From the NCBI GenBank assembly GCA_002269645.1, contig NIVC01000346.1, positions 124,001 to 188,000 on the forward strand: a stretch of 64,000 nt of DNA, in the 5' to 3' direction. Both the position numbers and the translations under genes were made by a program. The notes beneath the pieces are model-generated. The model did not search any database and was not told the origin of the DNA. It saw nothing but the letters and a program-made list of their open reading frames with translations. Positions 18,153 through 32,300 of this stretch are shown piece after piece. Source of the DNA: Macrostomum lignano (taxonomy: Eukaryota). Each line of letters opens with the position of its first letter. Positions within the stretch are counted from its first letter, which is position 1.

Positions 18153-19004
18153 GTACAGCTTCCACACCCACATGTTACAAACTTTATCCACTTGATTCGG
18201 TAAAAGTCAGCATTTCCTCTTTACCAAATAAAATCTGAATTTGAAAAAAAACAAATTGATAAATTTCACAATACCGCTGACTCCAGAATTTCTATTTCAA
18301 TACTCCCCGACAGGGGTCGCATAGAGAAGCGTGGAGTGGAGTAAAAAAGACGAACAGAGAAGAGAGAAGAATTATGGTATAAACGCACACAAAAGGGTGG
18401 GACACACACACTAATGCACCGCGTTTTAGGAGGTCGGAGGGAACAGCCCTCAGACAGTGAGGCGCCAGAGGGTGGCAGGCAGGCAGACCAGAGTGCTATT
18501 GGTAGCTCAAAACTCCACTATGAAATTTTTTCTCTTGACAGACTGCATGGCCAAACGGTAAATTGAGCAGAAATATTCCAATCAAATGAGAACTATAAAC
18601 AGTATCTGGGGGCGGGGGTGCAGTTTGACACGCCGATTTCACACCTTGCAGAACAGCTCTCACCTCACTGCATCACCTTCTGGAGTCTGCCTGTCTGCCT
18701 GTCTGTAGGGACGAGTGCTAAGTTTTTAATTCCTCATAGCTAGGGGGCCGGCATCTGGCACCGTGACACACCTTAGCGTCTCAGTGTGTGACAGCTGCGG
18801 ACACGAGCGCCACGGATCAGTCTTTGACGTGTCGGAATTAATCTTATAGGGGAAACAGATTTAATAATAACAATATGCTTGGCCTGTCTTTGAGTTTGAC
18901 TGCTTGAGTAATGCAGGACAGTTTTAAAAATAAGAGTTGCAGAGGCGTTTGCCATTTGGCTGTCACTCTGCATCTGTCTTCTATTTATTCTTCATCTGGC
19001 TTTG

Positions 19005-19480
19005 CTGTCCACCATCCGCTCTCTACTTTCCGCCCCTCCACCATCCGCTCTCTACATTCCGCCCCTCCACCATCCGCTCTCTACTTTCCGCCCCTCCACC
19101 ATCCGCTCTCTACTTTCCGCCCCTCCACCATCCGCTCTCTACTTTCCGCCCTTCCACCATCTGCTCTCTACTTTCCGACCCTCTACCATCCGCTCTCCAA
19201 CAACCACTCTCTACTTTCCGCCCTTCCACCATCCGCTCTCTACTTTCCGCCCTTCCAACATCTGCTCTCTACTTTCCGCCCCTCTACCATCCGCTCTCCA
19301 ACAACCACTCTCCACTATCCGCTATCCACCATCCGCTCTCTACTATCTGCTCTCTATACCATCCGCTTTCTACTATCTGCTCCCTATACCATCCGCTCTC
19401 TACTATCTGCTCTCTACTATCCGCTCTCTATACCATCCGCTCTCTACTATCTGCTCTCTATACCATGCGCTCTCCACCAT
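19005..19480 (+). repeat. 29-bp minisatellite CACCATCCGCTCTCTACTTTCCGCCCCTC
   Basis: Tandem units that degenerate towards the 3' end. Confidence 0.92.
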
Positions 19481-20099
19481 CCGCTGCTCATCAAGCGGTC
19501 CATCAATTTCTGACACAACGCCAACAGGATATCCCGCGAGCTCTCCACCTCAGCCAACAATCTTAGAATTAAAATTGGAATTCTAAAACAAACATAAAAA
19601 TAAAAATAACAGCCGGTTCACGGGTACCAGACTGTCTGCCACTCATGCCTCTCCTTCCCTCTCCATCAGGAGCCTCTTCAACAAGTTTTGATTTCCAATA
19701 TCACCGTCAACCCTAACCTTTTCCTCAATCGCTGTTAAGAAAACAAAGGAACAATGCCCTGCATTGTTGAGAAGTTGAATTGACTCGACAGTAAAAAGAG
19801 CCGAGATAAAAAATAAGAATTGAAAAGCCACTTGACTAGGCTTGAGTGCAACAGTCTCTTTTCTACCCAATTGTTATCAATCCATTGTGCGCTGCTCTGA
19901 CGATAATAAGTCTGAGTGTTTTCCCAAACCCAATGATGTCATTCATGACAAGTCAGTCAGTCAGGGAGTCGATCCTAGCCATAAAGTTACATCGTTAAGA
20001 TAAATATTGGAATCACGGGAAAGGCAGCGGTGAAGAAGGTGAGAAAATAATTTAAATGTGCCAAAGGTCGATGATTGAATGATGGTAGGATGACCTTTA

Positions 20100-20520
20100 T
20101 CTGCCATCTGCCTACTATCTAATCTACTATAAACTACCCACCATCTACCGTCAAATCTACCCCACTTATCTACCTCAAATTTACCCCTCTATCTACTCTC
20201 CAATCTACCCTACTTATCTACCTCAAATCCACCCTACTTATCTACCTCAAATCTACCCCTCTATCTACTCTCAAATCTACCCTACCATCTACCTCAAATC
20301 TACCCTACTTATCTACCTCAAATCTACCCCTCTATCTACTCTCCAATCTACCCTACCATCTACCTCAAATCTACCCCTATATCTACTCTCCAATCTACCC
20401 TACCATCTACCTCAAATCTACCCTACTTATCTACCTCAAATCTACCCCACTTATCTACCTCAAATCTACCCTACTTATCTACCTCAAATTTACCGCTCCA
20501 TCTACTCTCAAATCTACCCA
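20100..20520 (+). repeat. About 24-bp minisatellite CTACCTCAAATCTACCCTACTTAT
   Basis: Tandem units. Confidence 0.9.
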
Positions 20521-21889
20521 CTATAATCTACAGTACAGTCTACCCTCGACTCAACTGACAATACAATTGTGAGTTGTGAGACAGCAATGAGGTTACACAT
20601 TGATTGACAAACAGGATATCAAAGAAGTAACTATAACTGACAGGCTGACAGACAGACCAATAGCCAGCTTGATCTAGCATTATAGGATCTGGACTGACAC
20701 GCGCTTAGCTAAACGCATGGGACATCATCTAGCTGTTTATTGCTGCTCAATTTGCAGTCCCGGGAATTAGCTGGGGTGGGTGCTGCTGCTGCTTCGAGAG
20801 CTCAACTATTATAACAGCCTCCTCATACACGCTGACACACACACGAAAGCTTAAAAAAATTGCAACCATCACAGCTAACCGTGACAATGCCAATTAATTC
20901 CAATTGCAGTCCTGGGCCCTTCCACCACCCGCAGAGGAGAGCCTATATAGTTATAAATATAAGTTAGATGTGGGTAGGGGGTGTTAGCAGCAAGCCAGGA
21001 GCATTCCCTATAGCCTAGAATGCGACTGGGCTCTACCCCAGACAGCCTGGCGCCACGGACCCCCGCCCCAGCTCACTCAATATTGCTCTCCACTCCACTG
21101 CTCTGCTCCACTCTGCTCTACCCTTTTTCAGGTGTGGATAGAGAGAAATATAAGCCGCTTGTGTGTGTGTGTGTGTGTGTGTGTGTAATGTGCCCCCCGC
21201 TTCTCTATTCTACACCCTTAAGTTCTTGAGTCGAGTGGATCAGTGCACACCAAACCAGCTACACTACATACACCATTCAGGCGTCAATGTGTGCACACAT
21301 CAGCAGTATTTTCCTAGCACTGTGTATATATTTGACATAAATAGAGAGAAGACATGACTCTACACAGCAGCAGCAGTCCGCTGAGCTGTCTCTCGGCCCT
21401 GTAATAGTGAATGAGTAGCACAGGGGGGGGGACACGCAGAAGGGTGCTAGCGCGCGAGCGTATGTGCTCAAGTGAGGTGTTCAAGGCGTTTTCCTGCCAA
21501 AACTTTTATAACACCCACTGACGGTTTACCCTCTTTTTAACAATGCTCTCCAAGCACGTATTCTTTTGACTGACGTGACTACCAGCGCCTACACAGAGAT
21601 TCTTTGTCAGCACTTCTACAATTAAACGAGAGCAGCCCTACGCAACATTTTTTATGCTGTGTTTTTTCAAACTGAAAATGAACCAAAAATTAAATTGACC
21701 ATTTCTTTCTGTCAATTATGTAGGCAAAAGCGAGCTCTGAACTTGAGCTTTAACCCCCGCTGTGTTGGCTTAATTGAATTTCCTATTTGTCAACGAGCTG
21801 AAAGAGCGACTTGAAGATGATGCACACTCTGTGTCATCGGCAGTACTGCAGGGCATGCTAGCGCCATGTCACCTTTATAGTACGTATCC

Positions 21890-22415
21890 AGACAGACATC
21901 TAGAGACCCTGAGATCCTGACAGACATCTAGAGACCCTGAGATCCTGACAGCCATCTAGAGACCCTGAGATCCTGACAGACATCTAGAGACCCTGAGATC
22001 CTGACAGACATCTAGAGACCCTGAGATCCTGACAGACATCTAGAAACCCTGAGATCCTGAGATCGTGACAGCCATCTAGAGACCCTGAGATCCTGACAGA
22101 CATCTAGAGACCCTGAGATCCTGACAGACATCTAGAGACCCTGAGATCCTGACAGACATCTAGAGACCCTGAGATCCTGACAGCCATCTAGAGACCCTGA
22201 GACCCTGACAGCCATCTAGAGACCCTGAGACCCTGACAGCCATCTAGAGATCCTGAAAGTTATTAAGAGATCCTGACAGTTATCTAGAGACCCTGACAGT
22301 CATCTAGAGACCCGGACAGTCATCTAGAGACCCGGACAGTCATCTAGAGACCCGGACAGTCATCTAGAGACCCGGACAGTCATCTAGAGACGATGAAACT
22401 CATCTAGAGACCTAC
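21890..22415 (+). repeat. 28-bp to 20-bp minisatellite GACAGACATCTAGAGACCCTGAGATCCT
   Basis: Tandem units that shorten to GACAGTCATCTAGAGACCCG. Confidence 0.93.
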
Positions 22416-23314
22416 TAAGCAGAGCTGCACAAAATTTGAAAAGATTAGACTGCAGTTAACCCTTCACTGGTGCAGAAAAGAATGGAATATCCCACAGACA
22501 GTAGGGCGTCTAAGAATATGCATTCTAACTACACTACTATAGAATCTTCTACCAAGTAGTGTAAGTAGTGTTTGAATCTTAAAATATAGAAAAAATATCT
22601 ATCTTAAAATATGGAAAAATATAGAAAAATATAAAGAAACAATCGTCTGATTTAAGTTCAAGCAATTTTTTCACTACAGTATCAAGTTTTTATTAAGAAA
22701 TTATAGACAAATAAAAGTATAAGAAAGCACAAAGTGAAGATAATTGTTGAAGTTCAGTTTTTTTGTTGGCCAAATAAATAAGGAAGCATAGAAACGCAGT
22801 CGGATCTACAAAGTATAAAAACAGATTACAAACAGTTCTTAAAGAAGATGAATAAAATTAAAAAAATACATTGCTCAATGAATTCTTCAAATTTTTCATT
22901 TATGTACACAAACTGCAAGTTCGTAAAAGCGAAAATTTCTACGAGCTAATAATGTCTTGGATTTCAGAAATCTGTCAAAGCTCCTAAATCTTCTAAATCT
23001 CTCAAATCTTTAAAATCTTTCAAATTTCCAAAATTTCTTAAATCTCCAAAATTTCTTAAATCTCCAAAATTTCTTAAATCTCCAAAATCTCGCAAATCTC
23101 CAAAATCTCTCAAATCTCTCAGATCGCCAAAATCTCTCAATTTTTTAATTTAAAAAGTCACCAAAATCTTAAGTCTCCAAAATTGATCAATTTAAAACCC
23201 CTAAAATCTCAAAAAATCCCACCAAATGGCCAAAATCAGTCAGATTTATCAAAGCTACAAAATTTTTAAATCTTCAAACGCTTCAAAAACAGAATACACT
23301 AAAAAATGCCCCAG

Positions 23315-26300
23315 TCAGTCATTCACGCCTCTGCTAACCAACAGATTAACCGGATCAGCCAGCGACTGCAGCCATCGAGCGGTTTCCGAGTGGCTCAAGC
23401 TGCCGAGTCGCCGTCCGTTGGCCTCGACCAGCCGGTCGCCCGGACGCAGTCGGCCAAATGCCGGTCCATCGGGCGACACTCGCGACACAGCGACCCCGCC
23501 GCCTGCTCCGCCACCAATCATACTACTATTAGCAATGCTGAATCCCAGGCCCCCTGTAGATTTCTGCTTCCAATTTTGACGACACAACGACACCCAAACC
23601 AGTTGGCGACCATTAAGAATAAATTTGGCCCTGTCCAGAGCGTCCATGTTGCTGCTGCTGCTGCTGCTGCTACTACTACTGTAACTGTAGCTGTGACGGC
23701 CTCGACGAGGCAATGGCGGAGGGGCAGCGGAGGGGGCGGCGGAGGGGCGGCGGAGGGTTGGCAGGCATTGGTAGGCCAGTGTTCCGATCGTACACGAGGC
23801 CGCCAGAAATGCCGCAGGAGGAGTCTTCGCCTGTTTGACTAGCCGCAGATGCGACACTTCTTCGATGCTGTTGATGCAGATTCGTTGCGGTTAGCAACAG
23901 AGGTACGGCTTGATAAGCAGGGAATTGCGGCAGGCTTCTGTTACTAATAAACGGGCGAAAAGCGCTCCGGTGACTTTCGCAGGCTATCGAGCCGTCAATA
24001 TGGCCAACAGGATTTACTGCGGACGGCGACTGGGGCGCGCTCTGATTGGCTAAGAATAGCGGCACGCTTTGATGTTTAGGCGAAGGCGGCACGCTTTGAT
24101 GTTTGGGCGAAGGCGGCACGCTTTGATGTTTGGCTGTAGGCGGCATCCTTTGATGATTGGGCGAAGGCGGCACGCTTTGATGATTGGAAGAAGGCGGCAC
24201 GCTTTGATGATTGGACGAAGGCGGCACGCTTTGATGATTGGACGAAGGCGGCACGCTTTGATGATTGGGAGAAGGCGGCATCCTTTGATGATTGGGTGAA
24301 GGCGGCACGCTTTGATGATTGGGAGAAGGCGGCATCCTTTGATGATTGGGCGAAGGCGGCACGCTTTGATGATTGGACGAAGGCGGCACGCTTTGATGAT
24401 TGGGAGAAGGCGGCATCCTTTGATGATTGGGTGAAGGCGGCACGCTTTGATGATTGGGAGAAGGCGGCATCCTTTGATGATTGGGCGAAGGCGGCACGCT
24501 TTGATGATTGGGAGAAGGCGGCATCCTTTGATGATTGGGCGAAGGCGGCACGCTTTGATGATTGGGAGAAGGCGGCATCCTTTGATGATTGGGCGAAGGC
24601 GGCACGCTTTGATGATTGGGAGAAGGCGGCACACTTTGATATTTGGGCGAAGGCGGCACGCTTTGATGATTGGACGAAGGCGGCACGCTTTGATGATTGG
24701 GAGAAGGCGGCATCCTTTGATGATTGGGTGAAGGCGGCACGCTTTGATGATTGGGAGAAGGCGGCATCCTTTGATGATTGGGCGAAGGCGGCACGCTTTG
24801 ATGATTGGGAGAAGGCGGCATCCTTTGATGATTGGGCGAAGGCGGCACGCTTTGATGATTGGGAGAAGGCGGCATCCTTTGATGATTGGGCGAAGGCGGC
24901 ACGCTTTGATGATTGGGAGAAGGCGGCATCCTTTGATGATTGGGCGAAGGCGGCACGCTTTGATGATTGGGAGAAGGCGGCACACTTTGATATTTGGGCG
25001 AAGGCGGCAAAATTTCATAAGTGGACGAACGCGGCGCGCTTTGATCTTTTATTGACGAATTTGGCACACTTTGATAAGCTGACAAAAGCGGCGGTGCGAA
25101 ACCTGAGTCAACGCTGTGTCTGACAATGGAACTATTCGATTCGTTTGATCGGATAGGGATTTCGTAAGCATCGCTTGGATCTGATTGAGCGCACGGACAG
25201 GAGACCTGGGTATTTGTGATGGCCTCCTCTGAGGTGACACAGTTTGCGGCGGCGATATTGCAGTAAACTGACGGCTCGGCTGATGACTCCGGAGCGGATG
25301 ATTCCTGCAGGTTTCAGTGGTGCGAAGGCACACTTCAGGGGCGATGATTATTAATCAGGGACACTTCAGAGGCAAATAAATTTTCATGGACAATTCATGG
25401 ACACTTCATGGCCGATTCTTCAGTAATACTTCAAGGACGAATTTTCAGAGATACTTCGTACTTCATAAGAATCTTACTTCAGGGACACCTCAGAGGCGAT
25501 TTAAGGGCAATTTCTTCGGGGCGATTTTTGGGCGATTCTTCAAGGGCGATTAATCAGGGGCGATTCCTCAGGGGCGATGTTTCAGGGGCGATTCTTCAGG
25601 GGTGATTCTTCAGGGATGATTCTTCAGGGGTGATTCTTTAGGAGTGATTTTTCAGGGATGATTCTTCAGGGGTGATTCTTCAGGTGTGATTCTTTAGGGG
25701 CGATTCTTTTGGTGGGATTCTTCAGGAGCGATTCTTCAGGGACACTTCAGAGAAGTTTCTTCAGCGACACTTCAGAGACGTTTCTTCAGCGACACTTCAG
25801 AGACGATTCTTCAGCGACACTTCAGAGACGTTTCTTCAGCGACACTTCAGAGACGATTCTTCAGCGACACTTCAGAGACGTTTCTTCAGCGACACTTCAG
25901 AGACGTTTCTTCAGCGACACTTCAGAGACGATTCTTCAGCGACACTTCAGAGACGTTTCTTCAGCGACACTTCAGAGACGTTTCTTCAGGGACACTTCAG
26001 AGACGTTTCTTCAGGAACGCATCCGGGGAAACTTTTCAGGGTCACTTTAGAGGCGATTCTTCAGGGACACTTCAGGGGTAATTCCTAGAAGAGATCCTTA
26101 AGACACAGTTCAGTACAGAATCTTCATGGGTCAGTTCAGGTTCCAAAACGATTTCAAATGACTCACCAGACTCTCCTTCTGCACAGAATCGTCATCCTGA
26201 AGATCGCCAGCTTGTCGCTGTTGCATCAACAGACGCCGGCGAGGCCTTCGCTCCGGCAGATCCTTCGGCAAGGACTGGCCAGTGGACGGTTCCGATGCAG

Positions 26301-29300
26301 AGGCGAGGAAATGAACTACCGCCGCTCGACTTCTAGGCGGCGGCGTCGGAGGCTGGCGGGTCTTGTCGCTGCTATTCAACATCAGCAGGGCTGCGGCTTT
26401 GCTAGCGACTTCGTCGTCTCGAGTTTGAGTAGGCCGGTCTCCGGCCGACAGCTGAGGCAGCAGGTAGCAGGTGAGCACGCGGATTGGGCCGCAACGGCTG
26501 GCAATGTCCTCGGGCTGCAGGCGGGGCATTGGCTCCGACTGGTTGTCACTGAGCCAGAGTGCCTGAGGAGCTCAAATTAGTATATAATATCAAGCATTTT
26601 GTGTTTAGGGGAGACTCCAGGAAAAATAGGGAACTCTTTAGGGAAGAGTTTTCAGAGAAACTTCAGGGAGGAGTCTTCAGGGACACTTCAGGAGAGTCTT
26701 CAGGGACACTTCAGGAGAGAGTCTTCAGGAAAACACTTCAGGGGAGAGTCTTCAGAAAAACACTTCAGGGGAGAGTCTTCAGGAAAACACTTCAGGGGAG
26801 AGTCTTCAGAAAAACACTTCAGGGGAGAGTCTTCAGAAAAACACTCCAGGGGAGAGTCTTCAGGAAAACACTTCAGGGGAGAGTCTTCAGGAAAACACTT
26901 CAGGGGAGAGTCTTCAGGAAAACACTTCAGGGGAGAGTCTTTAGGAAAACACTTCAGGGGAGAGTCTTCAGGAAAACACTTCAGGGGAGAGTCGTTAGGA
27001 AAACACTTCAGGGGAGAGTCTTTAGGAAAACACTTCAGGGGAGAGTCTTCAGGAAAACACTTCAGGGGAGAGTTGTTAGGGAAAAACTTCAGGGAGAGTC
27101 TTCAGAGAAACTTCAGGGAAGAGTCTTCAGGGACACTTCAGGAGAGTCATTAAGGACACTTCATGGTAGAATCTTCAGGGACACTTCAGGAGAGTCATTA
27201 GGGACACTTCAGGAGAGTCATTAGGGACACTTCAGGGGAGAGTCTTCAGGAAAACACTTCAGGGGAGAGTCTTCAGAAAAACACTTCAGGGGAGAGTTGT
27301 TAGGAAAACACTTTAGGGAGAGTCTTCAGAGAAACTTCAGGGAAGAGTCTTCAGGGACACTTCAGGAGAGTCATTAGGGACACTTCAGGAGAGTCATTAG
27401 GGACACTTCAGGGGAGAGTCTTCAGGAAAACACTTCAGGGGAGAGTCTTCAGAAAAACACTTCAGGGGAGAGTTGTTAGGAAAACACTTTAGGGAGAGTC
27501 TTCAGAGAAACTTCAGGGAAGAGTCTTCAGGGACACTTCAGGAGAGTCATTAGGGACACTTCAGGGTAGAGTCTTCAGGGAAACTTCAGGAAGAGTCTTC
27601 CGGGGAAACATTACAGGGAAGAGTCTTCAGGGGCACTTCAGGGAAACACTTCAGGGTCAGGGTAGTCTTTAGGGATACTTCAGGGCAGAATTTTCAGGAG
27701 AATTACTTCCGGGGAGATTCTTGAGGAGCACTTCAAAGGAGACACTTCCGGCAAGACCGAACACCAACACCCAGATAGCTTTCAACCATAGAAACTTAGA
27801 AGCACACACAAACCGAGCTCACCCTCAGCTGAGGCAGCCTGAGCATAGAGATCGGCAGGCACCGCAGATGATTGCCACTCAAATTCAGCACCCTCAGCGA
27901 GGCCAAGCGGCCCAGCTCGTCCGGCACCAACTTCAACCGGTTATCCCTGGCTGACAGCACAGCCAACGATCGACAAGTCCCAATCGCTTGAGGCAGTCGC
28001 TTCAATCGGTTGCTATCGCAATAAACCAGCTCAAGCTGATGCAGCCGTCCCAAGCCTGCCGGCAGTTCGTCTAATCTATTTTTAGCAACATGCAGTTCGC
28101 ACAGACTGAAACAGCGGAAACTGCCACCCCCGGAGCTGTCGCAGTTAAACTGCAATCGCATTATTCGATTGTCGCCAATTCTTAGACACCGCAGACTGGC
28201 TGGCAAACTCGAATCCGCAAGCTCTGCTATTCGATTCGAGCTGGCGTCCAGATCTGTGAGCTGCGGACAGCCGCCCAGCTGGTTGGGCAGGAAGTCCAAC
28301 CTATTAGACGATATGTCCAGCTGCTGCAGACTGGGGAACAGGACGGACTGCCTGTTGCCATGGGGAAGCGCAGCGGATGACAGCGCCAGTCTGCCGAGGC
28401 GGTTGTGGTCGACGCAGAGGTCGGTCAGACAGGGTAACAGAGATACGGACTCGGGCTGTGGGGCAATGGTGAACTGAACACTTCAGACTGAGCACTCATG
28501 ACTTCTGATGACCTGATGAGTACTCTCATGACCAATAATGAATGACCCGATGAGTACTCTCATGATCAATAATGAATGACCCGATGAGTACTCTCATAAC
28601 AGTAATGAATGACCTGATGAGTACTCTTATGACAGTAATGAATGACCTGATGAGAACTCTCATGACTACTAATGACCCGATGGGTACTCTTGTGACCAAT
28701 AATGCCAGCAGAAAAATTCATCACATGCTACATATACATCGAGCACTAACCAAGCTCTCCAGCTGATTTTCGCCAACATCGAGCCTCTCCAATCGATCCA
28801 AACGCCCAACAGACTCTGGCAGCAGTTTCAAATTGTTGTCACGAACTTCCAGAACGCACAGACTTGTTAAACTGAAAATATCAACGGTAAAGTCGCTTTG
28901 TTTACAAAATAAAAATTATATAAATTTGAAAGTTCGATTAACAAATCAAGCCCTGAAATCAAAGGATTTTCAAACGTTTAGGCCCTTAAAAGTCCTGTTG
29001 AAAACTTTACTGTAACAAGAATCTCTAGAGTCTAGCCTAGTGGTTAGAGCGACTCACGACTGAAAGGTCGGGGGTTCGATTCCCAATCCCACTCGGAACA
29101 ATTAGTGTCCTTGAGCAAGGCACTTAACTCTGCATTGCTTCAGTTCACCCAGCTGTAAAATGGGTGCCAGCATTAGCTGGGGTAATTAAGGGTGGGTGTG
29201 GCGACCCCCCCCCCCAGTCCATGGACTGAGCAGCCGTACGCAGCCTTCAGATGCGCCGCGCAATAGCTGCGGCTGAGCTGTCGGTTGCACATCTGGCCAT

Positions 29301-32300
29301 CAGGTGCCATCAATTATTATTATTACGAGCGTATTACCATTACAACGACTCAACGACTGTAATGCGATGGAGAGGCGACTGTTGAGTCACGAGCACATCA
29401 CGAGTTGCCGGATTGTAAAAAGAGTAGCGAAAAAGTCCGTCCAATAGTCGTTGTGTTAGCGCTCAACTTTTAGTTGTAAAAAATAGACGCATTGGATGCG
29501 AGTTATTGGCGACTTGTACCGTTACATATCGTCGTTTTAGAGTCACGAATGGACACGAATGTCCATGTCAGAGAGCTACTAAAAGCATACCGTAATGTGC
29601 TACTTAAAGTAATACTCTAAGAAAAGCCTATAGATAGTGACTCAGAACCCTACGTGGGATAAACGTTTGTTTGATCAAGGAACCGGATTTCAGCAGCTGT
29701 GTTTGCTTAACACCATATATGGTAATGGCGCTTACCGGATTTAGTTCTTGATAGTTGGCGTTAATAAGTTGATTGATTAAGTTTATGAGAGCCGTTTATT
29801 GTCGCGAACATTTGAGAGAAAGGCTTATTTTGTTTCCTAGGACACATTCCTAGAGGATCTACTGATTGATTTGAGTTATCCGTTACGTTTCGGACGTAAC
29901 GAAGAAGACGCCCTTCAGGAGGACCTATTACAGAAACTCATAGAATTCAATTGTTCATTAGGGCCCACGTTCTATTGTTAATTCCGAGTTAGTTACAAGA
30001 GGACTAAGAGATATTTGATTTTGCATATACCTGGCGCACTTGTTCCCCAGTGTCTAGATGTGAGAGTTTTTGAGTGACTGATCACCACTCTTAAACTCTT
30101 CCCTCCCATGGTACTCAGTGAGCAAGTTGTCTGTTTCACCCCTTGTAGTCTCATTATTTAAAGCATTTAACAAAGACAATAAAAATAAAAAACAATAAGA
30201 ATTCTGCAAAAACAACTCACTTGCCAATACAGTGCGGTAGTTTAACAATGGAGCACTGGTTTAATAGCAGATGCTTCAGATTGACCAAATCAGTCAACTC
30301 GTCTGGCAGGCTGAAAGCAACAACAAATAAACAAAATTTAGATTTAAACACAGGTAAAAAACCAAACTAAACTTTAATATTAATGTTTGGGCATGCATCT
30401 AATTTCGTATAGAGGTAAATAAAAATCGCGAAAAAATGTCATTAGTAGCAAAGCAAACAGTCAAGTGCATTTAAACAAAATCAAAAGCAATTTAAACAAC
30501 ATATAAACAGGAATATTCGTATTCATGCTTTTTATTCTCCGAGACAAAGCTTCCGGTTACCAAAAAAGGCGGGGGACAACGGTGCAAACAACATCACATG
30601 GGTACTTACTGATGGTTAATTTCAATTTTTTCTGGAAAAAAGTAAACAATTTCAAAAACAAATTTCAATTTCAAATCTGATTTCTCCAGTCTGACATCAT
30701 ATCTGATTCCCCAGTCTGACATCAGATCTGATTCCCCAGTCTGACATCAGATCTGATTCCCCAGTCTGACATCAGATCTGTTTCCCCAGTCTGACACCAG
30801 ATCTGATTCCCCAGTCTGACACCAGATCTAATTCCCCAGTCTGACACCAGATCTAATTCCCCAGTCTGACACCAGATCTGATTCCCCAGTCTGACATCAG
30901 ATCTGATTCCCCAGTCTGACATCAGATCTGATTCCCCAGTCTGACATCAGATCTGATTCCCCAGTCTGACATCAGATCTGATTCCCCAGTCTGACACCAG
31001 ATCTGATTCCCCAGTCTGACACCAGATCTGATTCCCCAGTCTGACACCAGATCTGTTTCCCCAGTCTGACATCAGATCTGATTCCCCAGTCTGACATCAG
31101 ATCTGTTTCCCCAGTCTGACACCAGATCTGATTCCCCAGTCTGACATCAGATCTGATTCCCCAGTCTGACATCAGATCTGATTCCCTAGTCTGACATCAG
31201 ATCTGTTTCCCCAGTCTGACATCAGATCTGATTCCCCAGTCTGACACCAGATCTGATTCCCCAGTCTGACACCAGATCTGGTTTTCCAGTCTGACATCAC
31301 ATTGGATTGCCAGTCTTATGCTTAAATTTTTACTATTCAAAGATTAAAACAATTAAAACAAACCCACCATTCCAACAGGTTGGAACTTAAATCAAGACTG
31401 TGCAGGTATCTGCAGGCCTTTAGTTCCACCGGTAACTCAATCAGACCTAAAAATAAAGAATAAAGTTTAAATTTAATCCTTTGAAGCACATTTTCAGCTG
31501 ACAAACACAGAAAAGGGTTAATCATAATAGACAGCCAAATAAACTAGAAATCTTACAATTATTTCTGAGATTCAGTTCGCACAAGCTTGTCAATGATGCA
31601 ATGCTTGGCGGCAGTGTGTGAATTATGTTGTTAGACAGCGATAAGTGGTACAGACTTTGGCAGCACAGGAGCTCCTGAAATTTGTTATTTATAAATGAGA
31701 ATCGACTGTCAAACAGGATTTTTGTGAACTGATTATTAATTAGTGTTTTTAGAAGGTCGAACATTGATAGGATATTTTCTGAAGGACAATTATAGATTGA
31801 ATATTTTGAGGGCCTAAAAATTAATGGCTGGCTATTTTTTGAAGGTCGTTCATTAATAGGATATTTTGAAGGCCGATTATTGATTGGGTATTTTGAAGGC
31901 CGATTATTGATTGGGTATTCTGAAGGCCGATTATTGATTGGGATTTTTGAAGGCCGATTATTGATTGGGATTTTTGAAGGCCGATTATTGATTGGGATTT
32001 TTGAAGGCCGATTATTGATTGGGTATTTTGAAGGCCGATTATTGATTGGGTATTTTGAAGGCCGATTATTGATTGGGTATTCTGAAGGCTGATTATTGAT
32101 TGGGTATTTTGAAGGCCGATCATTGATTGGGATATTTTGAAGGCCGATTATTGATTGGGTATTTTGAAGGCCGATTATTGATTGGGTATTTTGAAGGCCG
32201 ATTATTGATTGGGTATTCTGAAGGCCGATTATTGATTGGGTATTTTGAAGGCCGATTATTGATTGGGTATTTTGAAGGCCGATTATTGATTGGGTATTTT

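Noticed and set aside
28490-28700. CTGATGA-containing repeats suggesting a hammerhead or C/D snoRNA
   Set aside because: There is no GAAA or stem architecture; it is a simple tandem repeat.
29032-29090. tRNA gene
   Set aside because: The A and B boxes are followed by a SINE body and tail, the sequence is repeated at 58444, and no complete cloverleaf can be drawn.
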